Origin: Alphaproteobacteria bacterium
Lineage (GTDB): Bacteria; Pseudomonadota; Alphaproteobacteria; Bin95
Direction of reading: 5' to 3'
DNA length: 64,000 nt
Assembly: GCA_963665325.3 (NCBI GenBank)
Contig: CAXXWS020000003.1
Coordinates: 992,001-1,056,000 of the forward strand
Made by a program: the position numbers and the translations under genes. The first letter of the stretch is position 1. Every line of letters begins with the position of its first letter. Positions 21,768-30,888 of the stretch are shown here, piece by piece. A model generated the notes under the pieces. That model was not told the DNA's origin. It ran no database searches and saw only the letters and a program-made list of their open reading frames with translations.

Positions 21768-22397
21768 TCAGCCCCCGTTGTCTTTGCTTGCAATGCCCGC
21801 AACTCTTTCAACCAACCAGTGGTATTCTTGAGGGCTGCGATTCAGCAAATGTCTAGTGGCTGCAATGCGATCTGTCAATCCCTTCTCCTGAGACATTTTC
21901 ACCCGACCCTCAATATCGTCGACGACAATTGTCACGCGACGGATCAAAGTTGACAACTGCCGAACTCGATTTTCAGTCTTGTCAAAAGTCCATCCCGCTA
22001 TGGCAGGCTCCAGTTGCCGTGTGAGGTGTTCGATATCCTCGAGAATTTCTGACCCTGGATTCTCGATCCTTGCGTGTCCCGTTACATGAACAGAAATATA
22101 ATTCCAGGTTGGCAACTGCCGCGTCGCGTACACAGTAGGGGAGACGTATGCATTGGGGCCAGAAAACACGACATAAACCGGACTCCCCTCCAATAACTCA
22201 ATTTGAGGATTAGATTGGTCCATATGTCCGAGGAGTTTCACCACTCCCGAACATTCACTGCTTACAATAAGCGGAATATGGCTAGCGGCGAACTCCTTGC
22301 CACTCCAAGTGACAATGAGGCCCAAGGGAAAGGCTTGTATGATCGACACCAAACAGTCCAAGTCTTCTTCTCGGTACACGTCGTAATGATAAGCCAC
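21768..22397 (-). CDS. PaiB-family protein (FMN-binding split barrel), KtzT/PzbB piperazate-synthase-like
   Basis: SHIP, GHMDQSNPQ, GPNAYVSPTVY, PTWNY..VH, KMSQEK. The family call is firm; the synthase function is inferred. Confidence 0.8.
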   Translation of the reverse strand: MAYHYDVYREEDLDCLVSIIQAFPLGLIVTWSGKEFAASHIPLIVSSECSGVVKLLGHMDQSNPQIELLEGSPVYVVFSGPNAYVSPTVYATRQLPTWNYISVHVTGHARIENPGSEILEDIEHLTRQLEPAIAGWTFDKTENRVRQLSTLIRRVTIVVDDIEGRVKMSQEKGLTDRIAATRHLLNRSPQEYHWLVERVAGIASKDNGG

Positions 22398-22585
22398 CTA
22401 CTTCCACCCTCTTCGTTGCTACGTTTTCCGACTAATCCGGCTCTCATGCTCAGACCTCAATTCTCAACTAACCTCGCCATTCCTTGACCATAATGTTAGT
22501 CCTCCTTCGAATCCAATAGATCGCAGCGGCCCTCGTCTCCCAGCCGATCCATAATACAGTTCAGCCCGGGCTTGACACTTTTCTT

Positions 22586-23605
22586 CTAGTCAGTGCAATA
22601 TCCCATAACCTCCTTATACAACCAATCTGGAACACACACACCATTTTCCCGAGTATAGTTTCTTACCGCATAACGTCTATCGGAGGGCAAGCGCGTCCCC
22701 TCTTCTTCCAGGATCTTCTCAAACAGCGACTCCGCATGCTGGAGATTGACAGAACCATCGTACGAATCTCCGAAGTGGGCCGGGTCCATCGCAATAATCA
22801 ATTCACCTCCTTCCGACGGCCCGCCATCGCTGTCATCGTCCTGGGCCGACTCGAAGCCGAACTTGCCTCCGCTGAGCCCAACCGCCAATAGCTCCACCAT
22901 CATTGCAATAGCGGCGCCCTTGTAGCCGCCGAAGGGCAACTGCGCACCTTCGAGGGCGGCGCCCGGGTCCGTCGTCGGCCGGCCATTGGCGTCAATGGCC
23001 CAGCCCTCCGGAACTCGTGCCCCATCGCGTTCCCGAATTTGAATTTCACCGCGCGCCGCGACGCTGGAAGACTGGTCGAAGATCATTGGCGCCTTGTCAG
23101 GCCGCGGCCACCCGAACGCCATGGGATTTGTCCCAAAAACTTTGTTGGTACCTCCCGCTGCGGCGACGAAGGAGCGAGAGTTCACGAACGCAAATGCTAC
23201 CAACCCCTCGCAAACTAGCGTATCGATATCGTACCACAGCACTCCGGACTGATATGCATTCGTGATCGGCATTGCCGCGACCCCTTGAGATCGTGCCTTG
23301 GCAGCCAAGAGCGGCCGCCCGACTACCATCGCCGCAGCTGCAAAGCCACGATGGGCGTCCACCTGGACAACGCCGGGAGACTTGTCATGCAATGTCGGCA
23401 CGGCTTTCCCGTTTGCGCGCCCACTTTTGACACAGGCGCAGTAGCCTGGCATCCTGAAAAGACCGTGCGTCTTGCAGCCATCCTGCTCCGCCAAGGTCAT
23501 TACATCGGCGAGCACGATGGCGTTCTCCTCGGAGAGGCCGGATTTGGTCAGTCCGCGCATGGCGATATCGCGAACCTCGTCGAGCGTCAGACTTACGCTA
23601 GTCAC
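22586..23605 (-). CDS. Ldh_2-family NAD(P)H oxidoreductase (DpkA/LhpD-like)
   Basis: DGCKTHGLFR, GTNPMAFGWP and LPFGGYKG. Confidence 0.9.
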   Translation of the reverse strand: MTSVSLTLDEVRDIAMRGLTKSGLSEENAIVLADVMTLAEQDGCKTHGLFRMPGYCACVKSGRANGKAVPTLHDKSPGVVQVDAHRGFAAAAMVVGRPLLAAKARSQGVAAMPITNAYQSGVLWYDIDTLVCEGLVAFAFVNSRSFVAAAGGTNKVFGTNPMAFGWPRPDKAPMIFDQSSSVAARGEIQIRERDGARVPEGWAIDANGRPTTDPGAALEGAQLPFGGYKGAAIAMMVELLAVGLSGGKFGFESAQDDDSDGGPSEGGELIIAMDPAHFGDSYDGSVNLQHAESLFEKILEEEGTRLPSDRRYAVRNYTRENGVCVPDWLYKEVMGYCTD

Positions 23606-23644
23606 TGCATTCTCTCCAATGGGTAGCGGGGTGCGGAATCCTGC

Positions 23645-24529
23645 CTAGCGTGGGCTAGTCTCTAATCTGCGGTTGAACGACTTGCCCGGTTTCGGTTTTG
23701 CATTTGCTGTCGGCTCGTCAATCAGATTTTGAAACTGGGAAGGCTTATAGTGGGTTGCATAGATCATGACACCGACAAAAGTAAGCCCACCTACGAGATT
23801 GCCGATCAAGGTCGGAATCTCATTCCAGAGGAGGTAATCCACCCAAGTGTAACTGCCGCCGAGCATGATACCAGAAGGGAAAAGGTACATGTTTACAATG
23901 GAGTGTTCGAAACCAAGATAGAAGAAAATTAAAATTGGCATCCACATGCCGATTACTTTTCCGGAAACGGACGTAGACATCATCGCGGCGACAACACCTG
24001 TCGAAACCATCCAGTTGCACATGATAGCCCGAACAAACAGGGTCAACATTCCCGCGTAGTCGGCGTCGGCGTATCCAAGCGTACGCATTTCCCCGATCCT
24101 ACCAATTTTCTGACCTACTGCATTCGGGTCTTTGCTGAACCCCATCGTGAATACAACTGCCATCAAGGACGCAGTTGTGAGCGCTCCAGCGAGGTTTCCG
24201 AGGAAGACCAATGTCCAATTTCGTAGTAGCTTGGGAAAGGTTACACCGGGACGACGTGCAAAGAGAGCAAGTGGCACCAACGTAAACACGCCTGTCAACA
24301 AATCATAACCCAGAAGATAGATCATACAGAACCCAACCGGGAAGAGCAGAGATCCGAGTAAGAAACTACCAGTGTCAACCGCAATCGTTATGGCAAATGC
24401 CGCAGCTAGAGCTAAAATCGCACCGGCCATATATGCTCTGATAAGGGTATCCTTGGTCGACATAAATGCCTTGGATTCACCTGCCTCGATCATTCTTGTG
24501 GCAATTTCCCGGGGCGTGACATAGGACAT
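23645..24529 (-). CDS. Formate/nitrite transporter (FNT) family channel
   Basis: LFPVG, DLLTG, GNLAG, CNWMV and GFEHSIVNM; start at MSYVTP. Confidence 0.93.
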   Translation of the reverse strand: MSYVTPREIATRMIEAGESKAFMSTKDTLIRAYMAGAILALAAAFAITIAVDTGSFLLGSLLFPVGFCMIYLLGYDLLTGVFTLVPLALFARRPGVTFPKLLRNWTLVFLGNLAGALTTASLMAVVFTMGFSKDPNAVGQKIGRIGEMRTLGYADADYAGMLTLFVRAIMCNWMVSTGVVAAMMSTSVSGKVIGMWMPILIFFYLGFEHSIVNMYLFPSGIMLGGSYTWVDYLLWNEIPTLIGNLVGGLTFVGVMIYATHYKPSQFQNLIDEPTANAKPKPGKSFNRRLETSPR

Positions 24530-24657
24530 GGGGAGTGCTTCTCCAATTAAAGCAAGGCGGCACTTGCTTCCTGTGTTCGTGGTAGCCGGCTGGCCATTGA
24601 AAGGCGGATGTTCTGAAGTTTGCGCCGGGAACCGGCATTGCTTCGCACCTCGGCAAG

Positions 24658-25896
24658 TTATCGGCGGGCTCGATAAGAAAGGTACGCTGCGCTCAATGCG
24701 AGGGCGGCCGCAGCAAGCTGGAAAGCGTGGTTGATTCCGTTTACTTGAGATACCAGGAGCGCAACTAGCACTGATGGCACCACCGGGCCGGTCAGTTGTC
24801 CGATCGCGAAAGCGGCAGTCATATAACCCAGTACCTCGGTCGCGCGTCCCCGTGCGCGCGACCGCACTTCCTGTAGCGCGACTGTGGTCGTGACCATGAA
24901 AGTGCCGCCCACGAATAGCGCGGTAATTGCGATCGAGGTTGGCGTCAGCCAGATGCTCGGCATGAGAACGCCGAGCGCCATGATGAGGTGGGTGACGGCC
25001 CACACGCGCAGGCGGTTCATCCGCTTGAGTACGCGTGCGGCTACGATAGTGGAAACTAGGGATGCCAACCCGAACAATGGCCAAGCGAGGCCGAATATTC
25101 GCGGCTCATCAACAATGTTGCGGGCAAGCGTGGGAAGGAATGTGGCTGGCAGGATATAGCCGAGCCCCATGACCCCATAGCAGACTACGAGACCTGCAGT
25201 GCTGCTACCGGGTCCAGTTGAAGCGCCTACCCCCCGGAGGGCGCCGGTGGAGGGAACCCGGGGACCTCTACTCAGCAATAGCGACGGCACGATGGCGACC
25301 GCCGCCAAGGCTCCCAGCCCGAGCCAAAGCCATTGCGTCGAGACGCCCGGGCCGGCGGCAACGACACAGTAGAGGCCTACTGTCGCAATGCCGAGGCCGG
25401 TGCCGCCATAGATCACTCCGGCGAGGTCCGAGCGTTGCGCCGACGCCAACCGATCCAACGCCCACGCGCTGGTCAGGACAAAAGCCCAAGCGCTAAAGAC
25501 ACCCGCCGCGAACCGCAAGACAAGCCATGCCGCCATATCCAGGCTGTCGGAGCCCCCCATGGCAGTTGTGACGGCAACGATAGCGGCCAGACTGCCGCGC
25601 AGCAGAATCTGCGGCTTGACGCGAACCCAGCTCACCGTTAGCGCGCCGAGCACGTAGCCGAAGTAATTGCTACCGGCCAACCATGCGCCGGCGTTCAGGT
25701 CAAGCAGGTCATCCCGGATCATGAGGGGCAACAGGGGCGTGAACGCGAATCGGCCAATACCCATCGAGACTGCGACCTCTACCATTGCAAGAAGGCAGAC
25801 GGCAGCAGCAGTACGCGTTCCCAAGCGCGTCTGTCGGATAAAATCCAGGTTTATGCGCATGTTTACTCGGCCTCGGACCAACGTTTCACACACCAC
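24658..25896 (-). CDS. YbfB/YjiJ-family MFS transporter
   Basis: MGIGRFAFTPLLPLM, SNYFGY and GLGYILPATFLP. Confidence 0.9.
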   Translation of the reverse strand: MVCETLVRGRVNMRINLDFIRQTRLGTRTAAAVCLLAMVEVAVSMGIGRFAFTPLLPLMIRDDLLDLNAGAWLAGSNYFGYVLGALTVSWVRVKPQILLRGSLAAIVAVTTAMGGSDSLDMAAWLVLRFAAGVFSAWAFVLTSAWALDRLASAQRSDLAGVIYGGTGLGIATVGLYCVVAAGPGVSTQWLWLGLGALAAVAIVPSLLLSRGPRVPSTGALRGVGASTGPGSSTAGLVVCYGVMGLGYILPATFLPTLARNIVDEPRIFGLAWPLFGLASLVSTIVAARVLKRMNRLRVWAVTHLIMALGVLMPSIWLTPTSIAITALFVGGTFMVTTTVALQEVRSRARGRATEVLGYMTAAFAIGQLTGPVVPSVLVALLVSQVNGINHAFQLAAAALALSAAYLSYRARR

Positions 25897-25917
25897 CGAT
25901 TCGGCTCTTCACGAAAT

Positions 25918-27636
25918 TCAGGCCACCCCGGCTCCTTGGTCCTTCAGGATCGTCGCGAACTTGGTGCGCAATTCGCGCTTGAGCACTTTCCCTGTGACCC
26001 CGACCGGGAAATTCTGCGGCTCCAACGCCACTTGGACGGCTGCCAGAGGCTCGAGGCCGGCCGTCGAGAGTTGCTCGTTAAAGTACGCGAGCAACCGATG
26101 TTCCGATGGAACCTCTGGGCCTTTCCGGGGACGGATGATGGCAATCGGCTTTTGTCCGAAGCCATTATGGCTCGGGACGCCGACGACGGCGCAATCGTGA
26201 ACGATGTCCCCGCAGTCGGCCAACAGCACTTCTTCGATCAGCAAGCTGTAGACCGCCTCGAACGCGCCATCTATGACATCGACTGTGCGATCCAGGTGAT
26301 AGAAGCGGCCGTCTTCGTCCCGGCGGGCCACATCCCCCGTCAACCAGTATCCGCCAAGCTCGAACCTCCCGGTCAGCTCCCGGTCGTTCCAATATCCCGG
26401 CGTAAGGCTCGGTGTCTTGAGAGCTAGCAGGCCCGGTGCTCCGACAGGCAGCTCCGCTCCGGTTTCGTCAACGACCGTGGCGTGCTCGACCACGCCGATA
26501 GGCACTCCGATACAGCGATCGTTTCGTTCGGTCTCCATCGTGAACAGCTGCCCGAACAGGGACAGCCCCAGTTCCGACGAGCCGAAGCCGTCGATGAACT
26601 GGGAACCCGGCTGCGCCGCATCGCCCGCGTCGCCCTCTGTAAGCAGCGCCGGCTTTATCAGGCCGGCCGGCCGCTGGCCCATCGTGACGAGCCGCCGGAT
26701 ATGCCCATAGTGCGCGCTGTCCCCCATGTTGATCCAGGTATGGACCGAGGCGCAGGCCTCGGCGGGCAACGGATCGGCCGACAGTTCGACAAAAGTGCGT
26801 GGGAATGACAGCACGATTGTCGGCTCGAATACCATCATGACGGGCTCGACGACCACGCGCCGCCAATCCGACATGACGACTGTCGGCAAGCCCATGAGAA
26901 CCGCCGTCATGAAGTAGCTCAGCCCGCCCGCGTGTGTATGCGGCACGAGTGACATCAAGCGGTCGTACGGCTCTGCGGGCAAACGGATTAACCGGGGCTC
27001 CTTCCCAATCCAGAACTGCTTGTGGCCGGCCATGGTGGGCTTCGGCACTCCCGTCGTGCCGGACGAGTGGACGAGTGCAACGATGTCGTCTTCCTCGTGC
27101 AACACGGGAAATGGCGATGGCAGCGCTCCCTGTTCCTGGTGCGCGTTTAACTCCGACAGTGCCGAAATGAATCGCGGCCGGTAACGCTGTCTGCTGCGAA
27201 ATGCGGCCTTGAAGCCCGTCGGGTCGTCACACACCAGCCCAACCGCGCCCACATTCTCCAGATAGCTGCACGCCGCGGCGAGAGGCATGGCATTGTTGAT
27301 CAGGCCACAGATGGCGCCCAAGGCGGAGACCGCCAGGCACTGGAGCATCGGGTCGACGCCTTCGCTGACATACACCCCGACAACGTCGCCCTTCCGGACG
27401 CCATTGGCGTGGTACCATCGGGCATACCGGTCGCGCACGGCCACGAGGTCATCGAGGCTATACCCCGTCAGGTCGACACGGCCATGAGAGTCGAATCGGT
27501 GCCTGAAAATGAACGGCACGCTACGGTTCGGATTGAGCCGGACCGCCCAATCCAGAAAGTTCCCCGTGCCGAGAGCGGGTTCCTCCACCAACTGGCGTCG
27601 AACTTCGATCGGCGCAATCGAGCTATGCTGTGCCAT
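25918..27636 (-). CDS. Stand-alone adenylate-forming (ANL) enzyme
   Basis: HSSGTTGVPK, GFGSSE, TGD and TGKVLK; no carrier or condensation domain. Confidence 0.9.
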   Translation of the reverse strand: MAQHSSIAPIEVRRQLVEEPALGTGNFLDWAVRLNPNRSVPFIFRHRFDSHGRVDLTGYSLDDLVAVRDRYARWYHANGVRKGDVVGVYVSEGVDPMLQCLAVSALGAICGLINNAMPLAAACSYLENVGAVGLVCDDPTGFKAAFRSRQRYRPRFISALSELNAHQEQGALPSPFPVLHEEDDIVALVHSSGTTGVPKPTMAGHKQFWIGKEPRLIRLPAEPYDRLMSLVPHTHAGGLSYFMTAVLMGLPTVVMSDWRRVVVEPVMMVFEPTIVLSFPRTFVELSADPLPAEACASVHTWINMGDSAHYGHIRRLVTMGQRPAGLIKPALLTEGDAGDAAQPGSQFIDGFGSSELGLSLFGQLFTMETERNDRCIGVPIGVVEHATVVDETGAELPVGAPGLLALKTPSLTPGYWNDRELTGRFELGGYWLTGDVARRDEDGRFYHLDRTVDVIDGAFEAVYSLLIEEVLLADCGDIVHDCAVVGVPSHNGFGQKPIAIIRPRKGPEVPSEHRLLAYFNEQLSTAGLEPLAAVQVALEPQNFPVGVTGKVLKRELRTKFATILKDQGAGVA

Positions 27637-27670
27637 AGCGCTCTCTCCTCTTTGGTCGGGATTGTCCGCC

Positions 27671-28948
27671 TCAGGCGGCCGGACTTAACTGTCTTCTCGA
27701 AAGCTCGCCGGTGACAGCTTCAGCAATTCGGGAAAGGCCATCCGACAGCGCCGCCTCCGTGATCGTCAGGGGCGGCATAACCTTCAGGACCTCGTCCCGC
27801 GCGCCGCATAACTCCACGATCACCCCGGCGCGATATGCGCGTTCGGCCGCCCCTTTCGCCATGCTCGGGTCGTTGGGCCACGCCAGCCCCTGCAGCATGC
27901 CCTTGCCACGGACCTCCGCATCACCGGCCTGGACCGCGACCTCCGATAACCGCGACCGGATCAGGGCGCCCTTTTGGTGCACGCTGGCTTCGAAGTCGGG
28001 ATTCCGCCAAAAACGTAACGCTTCAGCGCCGGCGACAAACGCCAGGTTGTTTCCGCGAAACGTACCATTGTGCTGCCCCGGTTCCCACACGTCCACTTCC
28101 GGCCGGATCAACAGCATCGCCATGGGCAAGCCAAAACCGCTGATCGACTTCGCCAAGCATACAATGTCGGGCTCGAGGTCAGCGCGTTCGAAGCTGAAGA
28201 ACGGTCCGGTTCGGCCGCAACCGGTCTGGATCTCGTCGACGATCAGCAACGCCCCTTGCTTTCTCGCCAACGCCTGAAGGCGCTGAAGCCAGTCAACGCT
28301 CGCCTCGTTGAGCCCTCCTTCCGCCTGCAGTGTTTCGACTATGATTGCCGCAGGCGGGTCGATCCCACTGCCCGGGTCGTCCAACAGCGTCTCGACGTAC
28401 TCCAGCGTATCCACATTGGAACCCAAATAGCCATCGAAAGGCACCCGGTCCACTGCCGCGTACGGCACTCCCCCACCGCTTCGCTTCCGTCGCGCACCGG
28501 AAACGGCAAGCGCACCCAACGTCATCCCGTGAAAACTGTTCGTAAACGCCAGAATGTTCGTTCTTGATGTAACGCGTCGAGCCAGCTTCAAAGCTGCTTC
28601 GACAGCGTTCGTACCCGTGGGGCCGGTGAACTGCATCTTGTAGTCAAGTCCACGGGGCGAAAGAACTCCATCTTGCAGTTCCTGCATGAACTCTCGTTTT
28701 GCCTCCGTGTGCAGGTCCAGCGAATGCGTTATACCGTCCGTAATCATGTAGCCGACGATTTTGCTACGTATCTGCCGATTGTTATGTCCATAATTCAAAG
28801 CGCCTGCGCCCGACAGAAAATCCAAATAGGAAGTTCCGTCGACATCGATTAGAGTATGTCCGGTCGCCTTTTGAAAGAGCGCCGGAAAATCCCGACAGTA
28901 AGACCGAACCACCGATTCAAGTTGGTCGAAGATCACCGTGCCGTCCAT
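27671..28948 (-). CDS. ectB: Diaminobutyrate-2-oxoglutarate transaminase (EctB-like)
   Basis: ESVVRSYCR, GAGALNYGHN, FTGPTGTNAVEAALK, DEIQTGCGRTG and PGQHNGTFRGNN. Confidence 0.92.
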   Translation of the reverse strand: MDGTVIFDQLESVVRSYCRDFPALFQKATGHTLIDVDGTSYLDFLSGAGALNYGHNNRQIRSKIVGYMITDGITHSLDLHTEAKREFMQELQDGVLSPRGLDYKMQFTGPTGTNAVEAALKLARRVTSRTNILAFTNSFHGMTLGALAVSGARRKRSGGGVPYAAVDRVPFDGYLGSNVDTLEYVETLLDDPGSGIDPPAAIIVETLQAEGGLNEASVDWLQRLQALARKQGALLIVDEIQTGCGRTGPFFSFERADLEPDIVCLAKSISGFGLPMAMLLIRPEVDVWEPGQHNGTFRGNNLAFVAGAEALRFWRNPDFEASVHQKGALIRSRLSEVAVQAGDAEVRGKGMLQGLAWPNDPSMAKGAAERAYRAGVIVELCGARDEVLKVMPPLTITEAALSDGLSRIAEAVTGELSRRQLSPAA

Positions 28949-29550
28949 TTGGGCCTCAGCCTCCCTTTTTTTCCCAGGTATGCTACCCAACTTTTCTGTT
29001 TGCGTAGCTGAACCATCATTTACCACTCATCCGGTCTTCGTCGAGCCACATCTTCGCGCTTCCAATCATGACCCGATGAACTTCATTCCCACAGTCTCTA
29101 GTGCGCCGTAGGCGTCTTCATCTCTACTTTCCAAGTGTGCTTATGGTCCGAAGTTGGCGTGAACGCCATAACCTTAATTGGCTCGCCCCCCTCCCTGCCG
29201 TCGACTTAATTGCGACAACCTCCGCAGAGGCTCGATGATACTCGCCCGAACAGGCGGTTCCGAGCCCATCCATCCGCGAGCCTCATCGCTGCCCTCCTCG
29301 ACCCAAGTTCGACTGGCCGTCGTGGGGAACCCGCCCAGGGGTCCGAACTATCTTGTCACGATGAACTCCCATCCCGTTGCGAAAAATGTAACGCTGTGAA
29401 GAGCGCTTTGTATTGCATTAGACCGGCCCAATGTGCTTCGATGGGCTTGGCGGGCTTCACGCAGGGGAAGCTCTGCTGTGCTGCAACATCAATTGGTGAA
29501 TGCCCGCCGGACTGCTAGTCGGCCGGCGTTGAAAACAGTGGGAGACGAAA

Positions 29551-30888
29551 TTGGAAGCTTCCTCAACACGGCCTATCTTCGATGTTGTGGGCATTGGTTT
29601 TGGACCGGCGAACATCGCGCTTGCTATTGCGCTCCAGGAGCGACGCGACCCGCTGTCGGTGTTGTTTTTGGAAAAATCCAGCGAACCCGGTTGGCAAGCC
29701 GCGATGTTGCTGGACGGTTCAGACATTCAAAACAGCGCTCTGCGCGACCTTGTCACCCCGCGCAATCCGAGAAGCCGATACTCGTTCACAAATTTCTTGT
29801 TTGAGCAGGGGCGACTATTCGAATATCTCAACCTGGGCCTCGAGTTCCCGCTGAGAAAGGAATACGCTCAGTATGTTTCATGGGTGGCTCGCCAGTTTGA
29901 CGGACAGGTTTGCTATCGAGAGGAAGTGCGGCATCTTAGTATAGCAGGCACAGGCGGATCCGCGTGCTTTTCCATAACCACAGCAGGAGGCAGGACCTTC
30001 TTAGCCCGAAGCCTAGTTGCCGCGCCCGGCCGTACGCCGCTTATTCCGGAGGTGTTTAGAGGAACGGAAGGCGAGCGAGTATTCCACTTCACGCAGTATG
30101 CTCCGATGTTGAAGAAGTTAAAGCTGGGGACGGGCGAAGGTAAGCGTGCCGGTGTCGTAGGAGGAAGTCAAAGTGCTGTGGAGATCATTCTCGACCTGGC
30201 GTCTCGGTATCCGGAGATCGAGATCGTTAATGTACAGCGAGGGTTCGGGTTTTCTCTGAAAGATACAAGCCCTTTTAGCGACCATGTGTATTTCCCGGAG
30301 CATGTTGACTATTATTTTAATGCATCACAGAAAAGCAAGGCAAGCATTGATGCCCAGTTGAGGCGCACAAATTACTCGTCTGCAGACGGAGATGTGATTC
30401 GCCAACTGTATCTCGCCATTTATGAACAGAAATTGGACGGAAGGGAGAGGATACAGGTATTGAACAATACAAAAGTTAGTGGGGTGAAGAAAGGAGAAGA
30501 CGGTCTTGTGATTCAGGTGGAGGAAATTCACCAGGGGCAACTCGCTTCGGTTGAGCTTGATTTTGCGGTACTCGCAACAGGATTCCGTAATCTTGGACCG
30601 GCGGAGAATCAAGAGTTAGTTCCGCCTTTGCTCCTGCCGGTTGAAGGCTACCTGAGCAAGAGCCCACAGGGAGTACTTGAAATATCTCGGGATTACAGGT
30701 TGCTCGCCGCGAATCCAGAAGACCCGTTGCCACCGCTGTACCTGAATGGATTGTGTGAAACAACACACGGAATGGGAGATGCAGGGTCCTTTAGTTTGTT
30801 GTCGCTTCGAAGCGAACTCATTGCCCGGTCCGTTAGTGATGCTCTGACTGATTGTTCGCTGGTAGGCTCCTCTCCTTTAGGCTCCTGA
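29551..30888 (+). CDS. Flavin-dependent amine N-hydroxylase (SidA/PvdA/KtzI family)
   Basis: GIGFGPAN, DLVTPRNPRS, GGSQSAVE, TNYS and LATGF. Confidence 0.93.
   Translation: MEASSTRPIFDVVGIGFGPANIALAIALQERRDPLSVLFLEKSSEPGWQAAMLLDGSDIQNSALRDLVTPRNPRSRYSFTNFLFEQGRLFEYLNLGLEFPLRKEYAQYVSWVARQFDGQVCYREEVRHLSIAGTGGSACFSITTAGGRTFLARSLVAAPGRTPLIPEVFRGTEGERVFHFTQYAPMLKKLKLGTGEGKRAGVVGGSQSAVEIILDLASRYPEIEIVNVQRGFGFSLKDTSPFSDHVYFPEHVDYYFNASQKSKASIDAQLRRTNYSSADGDVIRQLYLAIYEQKLDGRERIQVLNNTKVSGVKKGEDGLVIQVEEIHQGQLASVELDFAVLATGFRNLGPAENQELVPPLLLPVEGYLSKSPQGVLEISRDYRLLAANPEDPLPPLYLNGLCETTHGMGDAGSFSLLSLRSELIARSVSDALTDCSLVGSSPLGS

Noticed and set aside
27671-28948. Ectoine biosynthesis
   Set aside because: No ectA or ectC nearby; the gene heads a run with an ANL ligase.
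25918-30888. Hydroxamate siderophore cluster
   Set aside because: No IucA/IucC synthetase, N-acyltransferase, DABA decarboxylase or TonB receptor in the element; not fully excluded if these act in trans.
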